A stretch of 64,000 nt of DNA from Candidatus Aenigmatarchaeota archaeon (lineage in GTDB: Archaea > Aenigmatarchaeota > Aenigmatarchaeia > CG10238-14 > SpSt-28): positions 160,001-224,000 of the forward strand of contig JAVYPJ010000002.1 in the NCBI GenBank assembly GCA_038733315.1. Reading direction: 5' to 3'. The position numbers and the translations under genes were made by a program. Shown here piece after piece: positions 36,998-47,512 of the stretch (position 1 is the stretch's first letter; every line of letters begins with the position of its first letter). Under the pieces are notes generated by a model. It saw only the letters and a program-made list of their open reading frames with translations. It was not told where the DNA came from and made no database searches.

Positions 36998-39900
36998 CTA
37001 TATCTCCACCTTCAACTTTATATGGATCTATTCCATCATCTAAGGCAATGAACTGAACTATATTATCATTAGCATCTCTAACAGTTAAATCTGTTTCTAC
37101 TCTTAAATCATTTAGAGCTCCTATAAACCTTCTTTCTAAATAACCACTCTGTCTAGTTTTAACTCCCTTATCCATTAGCGCTTCTCTCTGATTCATTATA
37201 TCAAAAAATGTCTCTAATGGTTTTAATCCGTAGAAATATCCATTAGAAATAAATCCCTTGGCCTCTAACCTTAAATCACCTCTTTCAAAGTGTGGGAAAG
37301 CCCTATTATAATATCCAATGCTTATTCTTTTACCCATAACTTTTGCTTGACCTATTAAACCGCTTATCTGGAAGAAGTTTACAAAGCTGCCTCTAGCACC
37401 ACTAGCAGCAAGAATAAAAAATTCTTTATCTTTTTTATCTTTAACCTCCTCTAATAATATTTCGTTAATCTTAGTTAATTTTTCATTAATTACTCTGTTT
37501 ATTAATTCTTCTAGCGTTTCTTCGCTTGTTCTTCCAATTAATAGCTTTAACTCGTTTTTATTAAACTTGTCTATTAACTCTTCAACTTTTTTATTTGCCT
37601 CTTTGAGATGCTCTTTTATTTTCTTTCTAGATTCTTCACTTATAGAATATTCAATAGTAGAAATGCTAAATCCACGCATCATTAGATAATAATTACTTAG
37701 CCTAGATATTTTTTCTATAAATTCCTTAGTATACTTTGGACCATATAATTGTAATATTTTATTCAATAGCTTTCCATTATCTCCAACCGCTCTACTATCT
37801 ATTGCACCACTAATTAACTTACCATTTTGTATTTTAACTATTCCTTCTTTATCGGCTTCCCAGCTTAAAGAGGATAATCTATTTTTGAATTCCATAGATA
37901 TGTTTGGTAATAGTAAGCTAAATATTTCTTTTCCGCTAAGCTTCTCCTTTCTTGGAATGTCTACCGATAAATCAACATTCCTTATTAGCTGCACAACATC
38001 TTTATAATCCAAAAGGTTTTCTCCATATGTTAACAAAAAGAGTCCAGAAATTTGATCATGTAATAAAGCGATTATTGGTCCACCATATCTCGGACTTCTT
38101 ATATGCTTTTCAACTCCCATCAAAATTTCTGCTTCAGCCATAGCTTCTACTGATTGTAAAACATGCAAATTCATTTCATCGCCATCGAAATCTGCATTAT
38201 AAGGAATTGTTGCACATAGATTTATTCTAAATGTTTTTCCATTTGTAATTCTAACTTTATGCGCCATAATGCTCATTCTATGTAAACTTGGTTGTCTATT
38301 GAACAAAACTATATCACCATTTTTCAAATGCCTTTCAACTATCCAACCTACACTTAACATTTTTGCTATTTCATTCTTATTCTTTTCGGTTATTTTTATC
38401 CTAATACCATCTGGTCTTATAACATAATTCGCTCCCGGCCACTCGTTTCCATTAGAAACTAGCTTCCTTATTTCTTCTATGTTTTCTTCATTAACAATAG
38501 TAGGAACAGTTAATTCTTTTGCTATCTCCTTAGGTACTCCTACTTCATTAATTTCTAAGAAAGGATCTGGAGAAACAACACTTCTAGCTGAGAAGTTTGT
38601 TCTTTTTCCTAATAAATTGTATCTGAATCTTCCCTCTTTTGTTTCTAATCTTTGAGCTAACGCTTTTAATACTCTTCCGCTTCTATGTCTTGCAGCTGGA
38701 ATTCCACTCAATTCATTATCGAAATATGTAGCAACGTGATATTGTAATAATTCCCATAAGTCCTCTATAACTAATTGTGGTGCTCCTAGTTCTATTGCCT
38801 CTCTCAATTTTTCATTTACTCTTATTATATCAGCTAATTTATGCGTTAAATCATCTTCACTTCTCTCTCCAGTTTCTAAGACTATAGAGGGTCTAATTAT
38901 TGGTGGAGAAACTAACAATAAACTTAATACAAAGCTTGTGGGATCAACCTTTATTCCTATTTTTTTAACGTCTTCTCTATCTATGTTAAGCAAAAATTCT
39001 CTTATCTCTTCTGGATTTAATTTTCTATCGTTAATCTTAAAAGTATATGGTCTAACAAATGTTACAGAAGGTTGCTTAGCCTTGCAATGCGGACAAACAG
39101 ATGGCAAAGATTTTAATACCTCTTTTAGTTTTGGTTTTTCCTCTTTACTCAAAAGTTTTCCGCAAGATTTGCAAAAAACTCTTAAAAGTATGTATATGTA
39201 CTTTATAAATAAAGGATGTAAAACAGGTTTAGCCAATTCCATATGTCCAAAATGACCGACACAATTAGTAAAATTACCAAAACATGTTCTGCATCTAACT
39301 CCGGGATCTATTGTTCCCATTCTTGGATCCATTATTCCACCCTCTATAGGAAATCCTTCTTCATCATAAACATCTATCTTAGAAATTTTTATTGGCGCGT
39401 ACTTCTTTATATCTTCAACAGTAAAAACTCTAAACTCTATGGCATCTATTTTTCTAAGAGTTTTGTTAATTATAAGTTTTGGATATAAATGCATTGAAAT
39501 TAATTCTTGGAATAATAGTTTGAACGCATATGACATTTCTATTTCATATACTTCGCTATCATCTTTACAATAAATACAATAATGTTTGTTTTTAGAAAAG
39601 TCTTTAATCGCTATTAAACCACACTTTGCACAAACTGGAACTAAAATCTTGTCACTATCAAACCTTTCCTTTAGTGTTAGTGCTGCTCCATGAGCTAAAA
39701 GAACATCTTTTTCCATCTCACCCAATCTTAATCCACCTTCCTTAGATTTTCCTTCAGTAGGTTGCCTTGTTAATAATGTTACAGGTCCTCTAGATCTTGC
39801 AAACCATTTATTTGAAACCAAATGATGTAACCTATAATAATAAATGTTTCCTATCAATATTTTTACTTCATACTTTCTACCAGTTACTGGATCATACATC

Positions 39901-41252
39901 TCTTCCCTTCCACTTTCTTCAAATCCATACTTTTTAAGTAATTCTACTATTTCCTTTTCTCTATCTCCCTCAAAAGCAGTTCCATCCATTATCTTTCCTT
40001 CTAAGGCAGCTATCTTACCAAACAAAATTTCGAATAAATGACCTAAACTCATTCTCGATGGAATACTATGCGGATTAAAAATTATGTCTGGAACTATTCC
40101 GCTAGAAGTAAACGGCATATCTTCATGCCTAATCGTAAGTCCAACTACTCCCTTTTGTCCATGTCTAGATGCAAATTTATCGCCTATTTCTGGAATTTTT
40201 AGCTCTCTTAAAACTATTTTTGCCAACTTATTACCTTCTGAAGAAGAGGTAATAAAAACTCTATCAACTATGCCCTGCTCACCACCTCTAACTTCTACAG
40301 AAGTTTCTCTCATGTTTTCTAAGGATACTATAAATTTATCTACTTTACCTAAGAATCTTAATGGCGACATTTTCCCAACTAAAACATCTCCCTCTTTAAC
40401 TTCAGTTTCTACCGAAACTATACCATCTATATCTAAATTTTTATAAGCTTCCTCACCCCTATAACCCTTTACTCCTGGCTGAGGTATACCTATAATTTCT
40501 TCTTGCCCACTAGCAAATTTTTTTTCTTCAGTTTCATAAGTTCTAAACATATAACTTCTAAACAATCCTCTTTCTATGCTTGACTTATTCATTACTATAG
40601 CGTCTTGCATTGTATAAGGATGAGAAATTATAGCAATTACAACATTACAACCATTTGGATGTGTATCAAATGGAAAAACTTTATAAGAAAAAGTTTGTAT
40701 GAGAGGAACCTGGGAATATAACATAACATGCCAAAATGAATAAGTTCTGCTTTTATATGCTAACGTTGGTATTCCTAAGGCTTGACCGCTCATTCTTGCT
40801 CCAAAATTAATTCTATCTCCTCTAGTATGTTCAACAAAAGGTATTAACGAAGCATGCAAACCTAACATAACCGCAGGATGCACCTCAAAATGCGTATAAT
40901 TATCCTTCTTTTCCCCATCTATTTCTATACTTATTTTTGTGATTTCCTCTTCTTCTGCATCTAAAAACTCTATTATACCATTCTTAAGTAAATCGCTAAA
41001 ACTGAAATTCCCATCTTTTATGTACTTCTCTAATTCATCAATTTTTTCAGAATTGATAAGCGGTCTTCTTATTCTTCCGCTATCTGTGGAAATTCTTACT
41101 TCATTCTTATAATCTAAAATACTTACATTTACCTGATAAGAGATTTCTCCCTTTCTTCTTGCACTTCTTATTTTTTCCACAACCTTTTCAGGTTTTGTTG
41201 TATATCCAAGAAGTTCTCCATCTAGAAATACTTTATACTTTTTAGCCTTCAT
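36969..41252 (-). CDS. Fused RNA polymerase subunits Rpo2C (B') + Rpo1N (A')
   Basis: First ~595 aa are B' (GDKFASRHGQKG, RQPTEGKSKEGGLRLGEME, SYAFKLLFQEL); remainder is A' (CRTC...GHFGH, LLGKR.NFSARSV, NRQPSLH, NADFDGD). Confidence 0.95.
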   Translation of the reverse strand: MKAKKYKVFLDGELLGYTTKPEKVVEKIRSARRKGEISYQVNVSILDYKNEVRISTDSGRIRRPLINSEKIDELEKYIKDGNFSFSDLLKNGIIEFLDAEEEEITKISIEIDGEKKDNYTHFEVHPAVMLGLHASLIPFVEHTRGDRINFGARMSGQALGIPTLAYKSRTYSFWHVMLYSQVPLIQTFSYKVFPFDTHPNGCNVVIAIISHPYTMQDAIVMNKSSIERGLFRSYMFRTYETEEKKFASGQEEIIGIPQPGVKGYRGEEAYKNLDIDGIVSVETEVKEGDVLVGKMSPLRFLGKVDKFIVSLENMRETSVEVRGGEQGIVDRVFITSSSEGNKLAKIVLRELKIPEIGDKFASRHGQKGVVGLTIRHEDMPFTSSGIVPDIIFNPHSIPSRMSLGHLFEILFGKIAALEGKIMDGTAFEGDREKEIVELLKKYGFEESGREEMYDPVTGRKYEVKILIGNIYYYRLHHLVSNKWFARSRGPVTLLTRQPTEGKSKEGGLRLGEMEKDVLLAHGAALTLKERFDSDKILVPVCAKCGLIAIKDFSKNKHYCIYCKDDSEVYEIEMSYAFKLLFQELISMHLYPKLIINKTLRKIDAIEFRVFTVEDIKKYAPIKISKIDVYDEEGFPIEGGIMDPRMGTIDPGVRCRTCFGNFTNCVGHFGHMELAKPVLHPLFIKYIYILLRVFCKSCGKLLSKEEKPKLKEVLKSLPSVCPHCKAKQPSVTFVRPYTFKINDRKLNPEEIREFLLNIDREDVKKIGIKVDPTSFVLSLLLVSPPIIRPSIVLETGERSEDDLTHKLADIIRVNEKLREAIELGAPQLVIEDLWELLQYHVATYFDNELSGIPAARHRSGRVLKALAQRLETKEGRFRYNLLGKRTNFSARSVVSPDPFLEINEVGVPKEIAKELTVPTIVNEENIEEIRKLVSNGNEWPGANYVIRPDGIRIKITEKNKNEIAKMLSVGWIVERHLKNGDIVLFNRQPSLHRMSIMAHKVRITNGKTFRINLCATIPYNADFDGDEMNLHVLQSVEAMAEAEILMGVEKHIRSPRYGGPIIALLHDQISGLFLLTYGENLLDYKDVVQLIRNVDLSVDIPRKEKLSGKEIFSLLLPNISMEFKNRLSSLSWEADKEGIVKIQNGKLISGAIDSRAVGDNGKLLNKILQLYGPKYTKEFIEKISRLSNYYLMMRGFSISTIEYSISEESRKKIKEHLKEANKKVEELIDKFNKNELKLLIGRTSEETLEELINRVINEKLTKINEILLEEVKDKKDKEFFILAASGARGSFVNFFQISGLIGQAKVMGKRISIGYYNRAFPHFERGDLRLEAKGFISNGYFYGLKPLETFFDIMNQREALMDKGVKTRQSGYLERRFIGALNDLRVETDLTVRDANDNIVQFIALDDGIDPYKVEGGDIDVYEIARNL

Positions 41253-42769
41253 AATTCTATTTTATAACTAATTTCATCTTCTATTAGTTTTTTTATTTTT
41301 TCTCTTTCCTCATCACTAACTCCAAAAGTTATTTCGCTAAAAATAGCTAGGTGTTTTCTCAAACCAATAGTTGGACCCTCTGGAGTTTCTACTAAGCACA
41401 ATTTCCCAAAATGAGTAGGATGCAACTCTCTAGCTTCAAAATGTTCTTGAGTAGATTTTAATGGTGAGCTAACCACTCTTAAATGTGTTAAAGTTTTGTT
41501 GAAGTTCGTTCTCTCTAATCTTTGAGAAGTTCCGGTCCTATTTCCAATCCATGTTCCCACAGCCATTACAGATTGCACTATATTACTAACAAAATTTGCA
41601 TCTATTACAGCATTTATTGGTGGCAAGCTACCTCTTTTAGCAAGTTTATGATAATTAAAAATCATCCTATTTATAACCCCCTGCTTACCTTTTAAAATTG
41701 TTCTAAATAGAATTTCAAAAAGTTCTCCAGCTAATCTAACTCTTTTGTTTGCATAATGATCTATATCATCTTCCTTATCCTTACCTAACGCAACACCAAT
41801 CATTCTTTCAACTATTTTTGCCAAAAATATAGCTTTGTTTATCCTATCTTTTTTTGTTTGACCTAAGTGCAACAGGAAATACTTATCCAAAATCATTTCG
41901 GCCCTTTCTTTTCTTAGCTTCTTTTGTGGTATTTTAAGATACTCACCGATTTTATCCAAAGCCTCTTCTTGAGTCGTAATAGGATATTCATAGAAATTAA
42001 TTACAAATTCTTCTTGAATTTCCTTATCTTCCGAAATCAATTCTAATAATTTTTCATCATTTTCAATTCCCAATGCTTTAAATAAAACGACCAAAGGAAA
42101 ATCTCTTAAAGCAGAAAAAGTGGAAAGTAAAATTCCGTTTCTCTTTAATTCAAAAAGGTGTTTAACAATATAACCCTCTTTTTCTGAATTTACTCTACAA
42201 TTTACTATAACATTATTCTGATCTACCCTTCTTATTATTGGTTTATTGTTCGCCAATTCTTCTATTAGAATTAAATTTCTTTCAACTCCATTAATTATAA
42301 AATATCCACCAGGATCATCAGGATCTTCCTTAGCTGCCATCAATTCTTCTCTGCTCATTCTAGATAGCGGACATATTACAGATTTTACCATTACCGGTAA
42401 TTGCCCAAAATAAACTTCTATAGGATCGCTTTTTATTCCGCTAACTTCTGTAACAATTTTTATATACATAGGTGCCGAGTATGTTAACCCCCTTATTCTT
42501 GCTTCAAATGGTAATAATGGATTTGTTTCGCTTCTCACAACTCCATCGGCTTCTACAAAAGTTGGATAATTACTTACTCTACCATCTATAAAATGTATTT
42601 TTACATCACCTATTTCAGGAATCTCTGGCTCTATAGTACCTATATTTTTTATTAACTTAGAAAATCTTCTCTGCACGAAATCATTATATGAATCTATTTG
42701 ATACTTAACTAATCCAAACTCCTCAATATATTTTTTTAATAATGTTGTTATTAGCAAATTCTGGTTCAT
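41249..42769 (-). CDS. rpo2N: RNA polymerase subunit Rpo2N (B'')
   Basis: QIDSYNDF, EARIRGLTYSAP, DPGGYFIING, DHYANKR, ETPEG..IGL. Confidence 0.96.
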   Translation of the reverse strand: MNQNLLITTLLKKYIEEFGLVKYQIDSYNDFVQRRFSKLIKNIGTIEPEIPEIGDVKIHFIDGRVSNYPTFVEADGVVRSETNPLLPFEARIRGLTYSAPMYIKIVTEVSGIKSDPIEVYFGQLPVMVKSVICPLSRMSREELMAAKEDPDDPGGYFIINGVERNLILIEELANNKPIIRRVDQNNVIVNCRVNSEKEGYIVKHLFELKRNGILLSTFSALRDFPLVVLFKALGIENDEKLLELISEDKEIQEEFVINFYEYPITTQEEALDKIGEYLKIPQKKLRKERAEMILDKYFLLHLGQTKKDRINKAIFLAKIVERMIGVALGKDKEDDIDHYANKRVRLAGELFEILFRTILKGKQGVINRMIFNYHKLAKRGSLPPINAVIDANFVSNIVQSVMAVGTWIGNRTGTSQRLERTNFNKTLTHLRVVSSPLKSTQEHFEARELHPTHFGKLCLVETPEGPTIGLRKHLAIFSEITFGVSDEEREKIKKLIEDEISYKIEL

Positions 42770-43011
42770 CTTTCTACTACAACCCTATAATATATTGATT
42801 TTAAACCTAATATATCTCTTTCTATTTTTATAACATCCCCTACTTTTGCTCCTAAAGCTTTAACTGCTGGATCATCTATAAATATCTTAGGAAGTTGTGA
42901 TAATTTAGCTCCAAGTTTTTTTAGTAATTCATTCTTTTCTTCTTCCGAAAGTATAGAGTACTTTGGTGATAAAAAATAGTTAAAAACAATTTCTTTGTTT
43001 TTCTCTTCCAT
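42766..43011 (-). CDS. rpo5: RNA polymerase subunit Rpo5 (H)
   Basis: QLPKI..DDP....GAKVGDVIKIER, YYRVV. Confidence 0.95.
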   Translation of the reverse strand: MEEKNKEIVFNYFLSPKYSILSEEEKNELLKKLGAKLSQLPKIFIDDPAVKALGAKVGDVIKIERDILGLKSIYYRVVVER

Positions 43012-43078
43012 ATAAATTAAATTACGTAAAATATTTATACTTTTCTTTTTTATATAAATACTTTCAAATCATTAATTT

Positions 43079-43504
43079 ATGAAAGGTATAAGTCCAATAC
43101 TAGCAACGGTAATTTTAATCGCAATAACAGTAGGAACAGCGCTTTTATTATGGGCGTTTGTACAGCAGTACATTTCAGCACATACATCCAGCATTCCAGA
43201 AATATGTTTAAATACAGTAGATTTTAAATGCAGGTATGAGAATGAGAATATAACATTTTGCATGTTTCAGCATTTATCAGGAAAAAAACTTAATGATGTT
43301 ACTATAAACTTTATATGTAAAAACCCTCAAAAAAGTAGTGATGAAAAAATTGGAATTGTACCTGTTGGGAGTTTAAAATCTATTTCGACAAACTTTAGCT
43401 GCCCACTTCAAGAATTATCTATTTTCGTTATAGGTAGATGCGAAGGATTTAAAAATAATCAAACAATTTATAGATGCGATGGTGTAAATTGTGTATTTGA
43501 TTAA
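43079..43504 (+). CDS. Type IV pilin/archaellin with canonical class III signal peptide
   Basis: MKG|ISPILATVILIAITV. Confidence 0.85.
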   Translation: MKGISPILATVILIAITVGTALLLWAFVQQYISAHTSSIPEICLNTVDFKCRYENENITFCMFQHLSGKKLNDVTINFICKNPQKSSDEKIGIVPVGSLKSISTNFSCPLQELSIFVIGRCEGFKNNQTIYRCDGVNCVFD

Positions 43505-44511
43505 TAGATAAAATCTGGATCAAAGTTTTTTAAAATAGTTTCAATTTTTAATATATTAGCTAGTTTTACTAATTTTTTCCTTTTTATAACTATGTCTGCA
43601 AACTTTCCAATAAGGATTGGCTTACAAAATATTTTTTTCAATTTTCTTTCGTAATTTTCTTTACAGTTACTTTTTATAGATTTATACGCCAAATATGCAG
43701 AAATTATTCCATAAGTAATACCACCAAAACTAAATGGTTTTAATAAACCACTAGCTTCGCCAATAATTAAACAATTTTTTAAAGAATGTTTTTTTAACTC
43801 GCAATAAAGTATTGGATGAGAATAACTATATTCAATTCTTTCTATTTCAAACTTTTCTAAAAATTTTTTGAAAACACTCAGTCTTAATCTAAAATCTATC
43901 AAACCTATTAAAGAATTTTCTCCAACTTCAATTAACCAACCGAATTTTGACTTGGAAAAATTCTTGTCGAAAAAAATATTAGCATCTATAAAATTTGAAT
44001 TTTTTAATTTTGCAAAAACTTCGAAAGAGTTATAAACTTTTTTATGCTTAAAAAGATTAAATCTATTCGCTATAAAAGAATATGGCCCGCTTGCATCTAC
44101 CAAAAAATCAAAATTAACTCTTCTCTTATTCGTTACTAAAAAATTTTTTTCTAAATTTACATCTAAAACTTCTTCTCCAAAACCAAACTTAGAATAATTT
44201 TTATCTGTTTGATTATATATTTCACTTTCTAATTTCAAATAATTTGTGAGATACATTCCGCTTGAACTTTTTACTTCTAAGAGTTTTTCATTCGAATACC
44301 AAAAGCTTGCAGTATTAATCTTTTTTATTACTATATCACTTTCTTTTAAAAAATCTAGAAAATCAAAAATTTTAGAAGAGACTAATGACGTGCTTCTATA
44401 ATTCTTTCCGACATCCTTTCTCATATCTATCACTAAATTCTTTATACCAGCTGAAGATAAAAAATAAGATAAAGAAAGCCCAGAAACTCCAGCACCTATA
44501 ATAACTATCAT
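43501..44511 (-). CDS. FAD-dependent oxidoreductase, geranylgeranyl reductase family
   Basis: IIGAGVSG, DASG..S, FGW, IIGEASGLLKPFSFGGI. Confidence 0.78.
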   Translation of the reverse strand: MIVIIGAGVSGLSLSYFLSSAGIKNLVIDMRKDVGKNYRSTSLVSSKIFDFLDFLKESDIVIKKINTASFWYSNEKLLEVKSSSGMYLTNYLKLESEIYNQTDKNYSKFGFGEEVLDVNLEKNFLVTNKRRVNFDFLVDASGPYSFIANRFNLFKHKKVYNSFEVFAKLKNSNFIDANIFFDKNFSKSKFGWLIEVGENSLIGLIDFRLRLSVFKKFLEKFEIERIEYSYSHPILYCELKKHSLKNCLIIGEASGLLKPFSFGGITYGIISAYLAYKSIKSNCKENYERKLKKIFCKPILIGKFADIVIKRKKLVKLANILKIETILKNFDPDFIY

Positions 44512-45200
44512 TTACCAAAGTTCCTTTGAATTTTATTGAACCATTTTATAGCGTCTAATATGTCTCTCTTATTTATTTCTGGCCATAACTTCTTTGTTAC
44601 ATAAATTTCGGCATAAGTAGATTGAAAAGGCAAAAAATTAGAAAGTCTCGAATATCCACCAGATCTTATTATTAAATCTACATTATCCTTAACTAATAGG
44701 TATTTTCTCAATTCATCCTCATTAATCTTTTCTATTTTTATTTTTCTTTTTGCGATTTCTCTCATTGCTTTAAGAATTTCGTAAGTGCCACTATAAGCTA
44801 TTAATATGTTTAAAATTCTCTTGTTATATTTAGATGTTTTTCTAACTATTTTACTCATTAATTTTGTTAGCGATTTTGGTAAGGAAATTAAATTTCCGCA
44901 GAAATTAATTTTTACTTCGTATAATTCTAATTCTTTATATTCTCCATTTAACCATCTTTTTAAATATTGTCTTAAAATCTTAAACAATCCTCTCTTTTCT
45001 TTTTCACTCCTGTTTATTAAGTTTTCTAGCGATAATGCATATATGCTTACTTTCTTAACACCAATCTCTAAAAGATAGCTGAGAATTTCTTCAATTTTTT
45101 TTGCACCATAAAAATGCCCCATATATGGAGGCAACCCCTTTTTTCTTGCCCACCTTCTATTTCCATCTGGTATTATTCCTATGTGTTCTGGAACTTTCAT
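44508..45200 (-). CDS. uppS: cis-prenyltransferase (UppS family)
   Basis: HIGIIPDGNRRWA, YALSLEN..R, DLIIRSGG..RLSNFL..Q..YAE. Confidence 0.95.
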   Translation of the reverse strand: MKVPEHIGIIPDGNRRWARKKGLPPYMGHFYGAKKIEEILSYLLEIGVKKVSIYALSLENLINRSEKEKRGLFKILRQYLKRWLNGEYKELELYEVKINFCGNLISLPKSLTKLMSKIVRKTSKYNKRILNILIAYSGTYEILKAMREIAKRKIKIEKINEDELRKYLLVKDNVDLIIRSGGYSRLSNFLPFQSTYAEIYVTKKLWPEINKRDILDAIKWFNKIQRNFGK

Positions 45201-45550
45201 AGCTTGGGATTCAATATTTTAAAGTTTAACTCTTTTAATTTGTTTTCTATTTCAACTCTTTTCTTTTTTCCAACCGTAGATGCTATTCTAATAGCATATA
45301 AGTTTTTATCTAAATCTTTAATTTTTTCGATATCTTTTAAACTTCTTACTAAAATTTCGTAGTAGCCAGCCTTGTTTTTGTATTTTAAGTTCTTAGGAGC
45401 ACCATAACCAATTCTAACAACCTTTGGTTTGCCTTTTTTATGCAACCTTACTTTACTTTGCCTGCCTCTAGGCTTTCTCCAATTTCCCTTTAATCTTTTA
45501 ACCGAATCCTTCATTTGCCTTTTAAAATTTGGTAATTTTCTTGGATTCAT
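45197..45550 (-). CDS. rpl32e: 50S ribosomal protein L32e
   Basis: FKRQ, WRKPRG.QSK.R, IGYG, IASTVGKKKR, ILNP. Confidence 0.95.
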   Translation of the reverse strand: MNPRKLPNFKRQMKDSVKRLKGNWRKPRGRQSKVRLHKKGKPKVVRIGYGAPKNLKYKNKAGYYEILVRSLKDIEKIKDLDKNLYAIRIASTVGKKKRVEIENKLKELNFKILNPKL

Positions 45551-45552
45551 GT

Positions 45553-46122
45553 TTAATTTAAGTTCTCTTTACTTATTAAGAATATTCCATCTTGAAAAAC
45601 TCTTCTGTCCCATTTCGGAACTCTTGTAGACTGTTCTATATTATTGCATGTTTGCCCGACATCTTCGATGTTGTTTCCAGAAACTATTAAATAATTCTCC
45701 TTCATCTCAACTTTTGCATTTCCGACTATCTCAGCTATTCTAGGCTTCTTTTCCCCTAAAAAATTATAAATAAAAATTTTACCCTCTTTTATTTCAATCT
45801 TTATCGGAAAATGAGAATAAACTATTTTCATAGTGTATTTATATCCCTTAGTAACCCCCTCGATTAAATTTCTCACATGCGCTATAATAGTATTAACCAT
45901 AGCTACATACTCTTTTCTAATTTTTGTTGTATATGCAATAAATTTGTTATCCTCTATTTTCATAAAAATTATCTTATTTAGCGCGTAATGTTTTATTTCC
46001 TTCGACGTTTTGCCCAATTTTCCCTCGCAAATTATTTTATTTTCTTGGATCTCTATTTTAACATCTTCCGGAATCCTAATTTCTGCTTTATATGTTTTTT
46101 GAGTTTCTGATTTAGTAGACAT
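45553..46122 (-). CDS. rpl6: 50S ribosomal protein L6
   Basis: YSHFP, NFLGEKKPR, EDVGQT, DRRVFQDGI; start placed at ATG 46122. Confidence 0.95.
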   Translation of the reverse strand: MSTKSETQKTYKAEIRIPEDVKIEIQENKIICEGKLGKTSKEIKHYALNKIIFMKIEDNKFIAYTTKIRKEYVAMVNTIIAHVRNLIEGVTKGYKYTMKIVYSHFPIKIEIKEGKIFIYNFLGEKKPRIAEIVGNAKVEMKENYLIVSGNNIEDVGQTCNNIEQSTRVPKWDRRVFQDGIFLISKENLN

Positions 46123-46498
46123 ATGCCAAAAGTTTCCCACCTATATGCAATTCTTTTGCTCTTTTATTGTCTATAACACCCTTAGATGTTGTTAATATTA
46201 TTATTCCAACATTTTTAGCCGGTAAAAATCTTTTTTCATATTTTTCTATTTCATCTATCTTAACAGAAAATCTCGGTATTATAACGTTGCAATCAACAAT
46301 TTTATTCTTGAGTTCTATTTTTATTAATCCTTGTTTATTATCTGGTATTATCTCTATATTTCCGACATACTTATTTTCTTGCATAACTTTTAAAACATTT
46401 TCTACCAACTTACTTCTCTTTACAACTACTTCTTTCTTACCAATTCTTTCAGCGTTTTTTATTTGAGATAGCACATCAGCTAATAAGTTATGCTGCAT
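46112..46498 (-). CDS. rps8: 30S ribosomal protein S8
   Basis: LADVLSQIKNAE, PRF, EKRFLPA, TTSKG, GGKLLAYVY. Confidence 0.96.
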   Translation of the reverse strand: MQHNLLADVLSQIKNAERIGKKEVVVKRSKLVENVLKVMQENKYVGNIEIIPDNKQGLIKIELKNKIVDCNVIIPRFSVKIDEIEKYEKRFLPAKNVGIIILTTSKGVIDNKRAKELHIGGKLLAYVY

Positions 46499-46553
46499 AG
46501 TAATTCTTATATATATTGAAAATATAAATTTATAAAGAATTAATTTATGAATT

Positions 46554-46659
46554 GCCCCGGTCGTCTAGCGGCCAAGGATAGCGGCCTTTCGTTCAAGAAA
46601 GGATTGATAAAACAATGAAAGGAAAGCCGCAGACCCGGGTTCGAATCCCGGCCGGGGCA
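46554..46659 (+). tRNA. tRNA-Glu (TTC) with 33-nt intron at 37/38 (46592-46624)
   Basis: GCCCCGG/CCGGGGC-A acceptor; GCGGC-CTTTCG^intron^A-GCCGC; BHB helix CTTT/AAGG with 3-nt bulges. Confidence 0.9.
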
Positions 46660-46685
46660 ATTTTTAAAAATTCTAACAAATAATT

Positions 46686-47297
46686 TTATTTGGTTAAGAC
46701 TTCGCTTTCTGTTTTTCTTTTACCTATAAAATCTTCTATAGAGTATCTAAACTCTTTATAATCTTTTATCTGCCCTTTAAGCAAAGCAATTTCTCTTGCT
46801 AAAAGATATAAAAATAATGCAATAGATTTTTTACTTTTGTTATTAATAGGAATTATAAAATCTATTCCTGAAGGATTGGATTTGGAGTTACAAAGAGCAA
46901 AAATCGGAACGTTCATTTTAAAAGCTTCTATTACAGCTCTAAAATCTAAATCTAAGCTAAAAACTAAAATTGCATCTATTTCTATAAAATTCTCGCTAGA
47001 ACAGTTAGTAAAAGTTCCTGGCAAAAATCTACCTAAATGAACATTCATACCTGTTATTTCTTTGAACTTTTCTAAGGGATAAAAATATTTTTTATTTCTG
47101 TTAATAATAATAACATTTTTGTTTACTAAATACCTAGCTAACATTCTTATTCTCCTATCTATTTCTCTTATATTTAATACAACACTTCCGTTTGGTAACT
47201 CTCTATATATAAATCTTTTCATTAAATCGTTCTTACCCTTTCCTAAGGGAATAAAATACTTTAAATACATTTTTTTACTTATTAACAACTTTTCCAT
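46686..47297 (-). CDS. rps2: 30S ribosomal protein S2
   Basis: M..FIY, IDRRI, GRFLPGTFTN, AVIEA, IPINNKS..SIAL..YLLARE. Confidence 0.93.
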   Translation of the reverse strand: MEKLLISKKMYLKYFIPLGKGKNDLMKRFIYRELPNGSVVLNIREIDRRIRMLARYLVNKNVIIINRNKKYFYPLEKFKEITGMNVHLGRFLPGTFTNCSSENFIEIDAILVFSLDLDFRAVIEAFKMNVPIFALCNSKSNPSGIDFIIPINNKSKKSIALFLYLLAREIALLKGQIKDYKEFRYSIEDFIGKRKTESEVLTK

Positions 47298-47302
47298 ATT
47301 TA

Positions 47303-47512
47303 TTATACAATATTCTTAATTAAATTTCTTATTTTGTTTTTAATTTCCTCTCTAACGCACTTAGAACAAAGATACCCACCAAAAATTCTATTAACCCTTT
47401 TCTTTGAAAGACAAAGTTTCTTAAGCTTATTAGCTCTAGGAATCCCATGAATTATTCCTTTACATTTTGCACATTTTACATATCCATATAGTTTCATTTT
47501 TTTCTTCCCCAT
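47303..47512 (-). CDS. rpl34e: 50S ribosomal protein L34e (short N-terminus)
   Basis: CAKC...HGIPR, KRVNRIFGGYLCSKC. Confidence 0.9.
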   Translation of the reverse strand: MGKKKMKLYGYVKCAKCKGIIHGIPRANKLKKLCLSKKRVNRIFGGYLCSKCVREEIKNKIRNLIKNIV

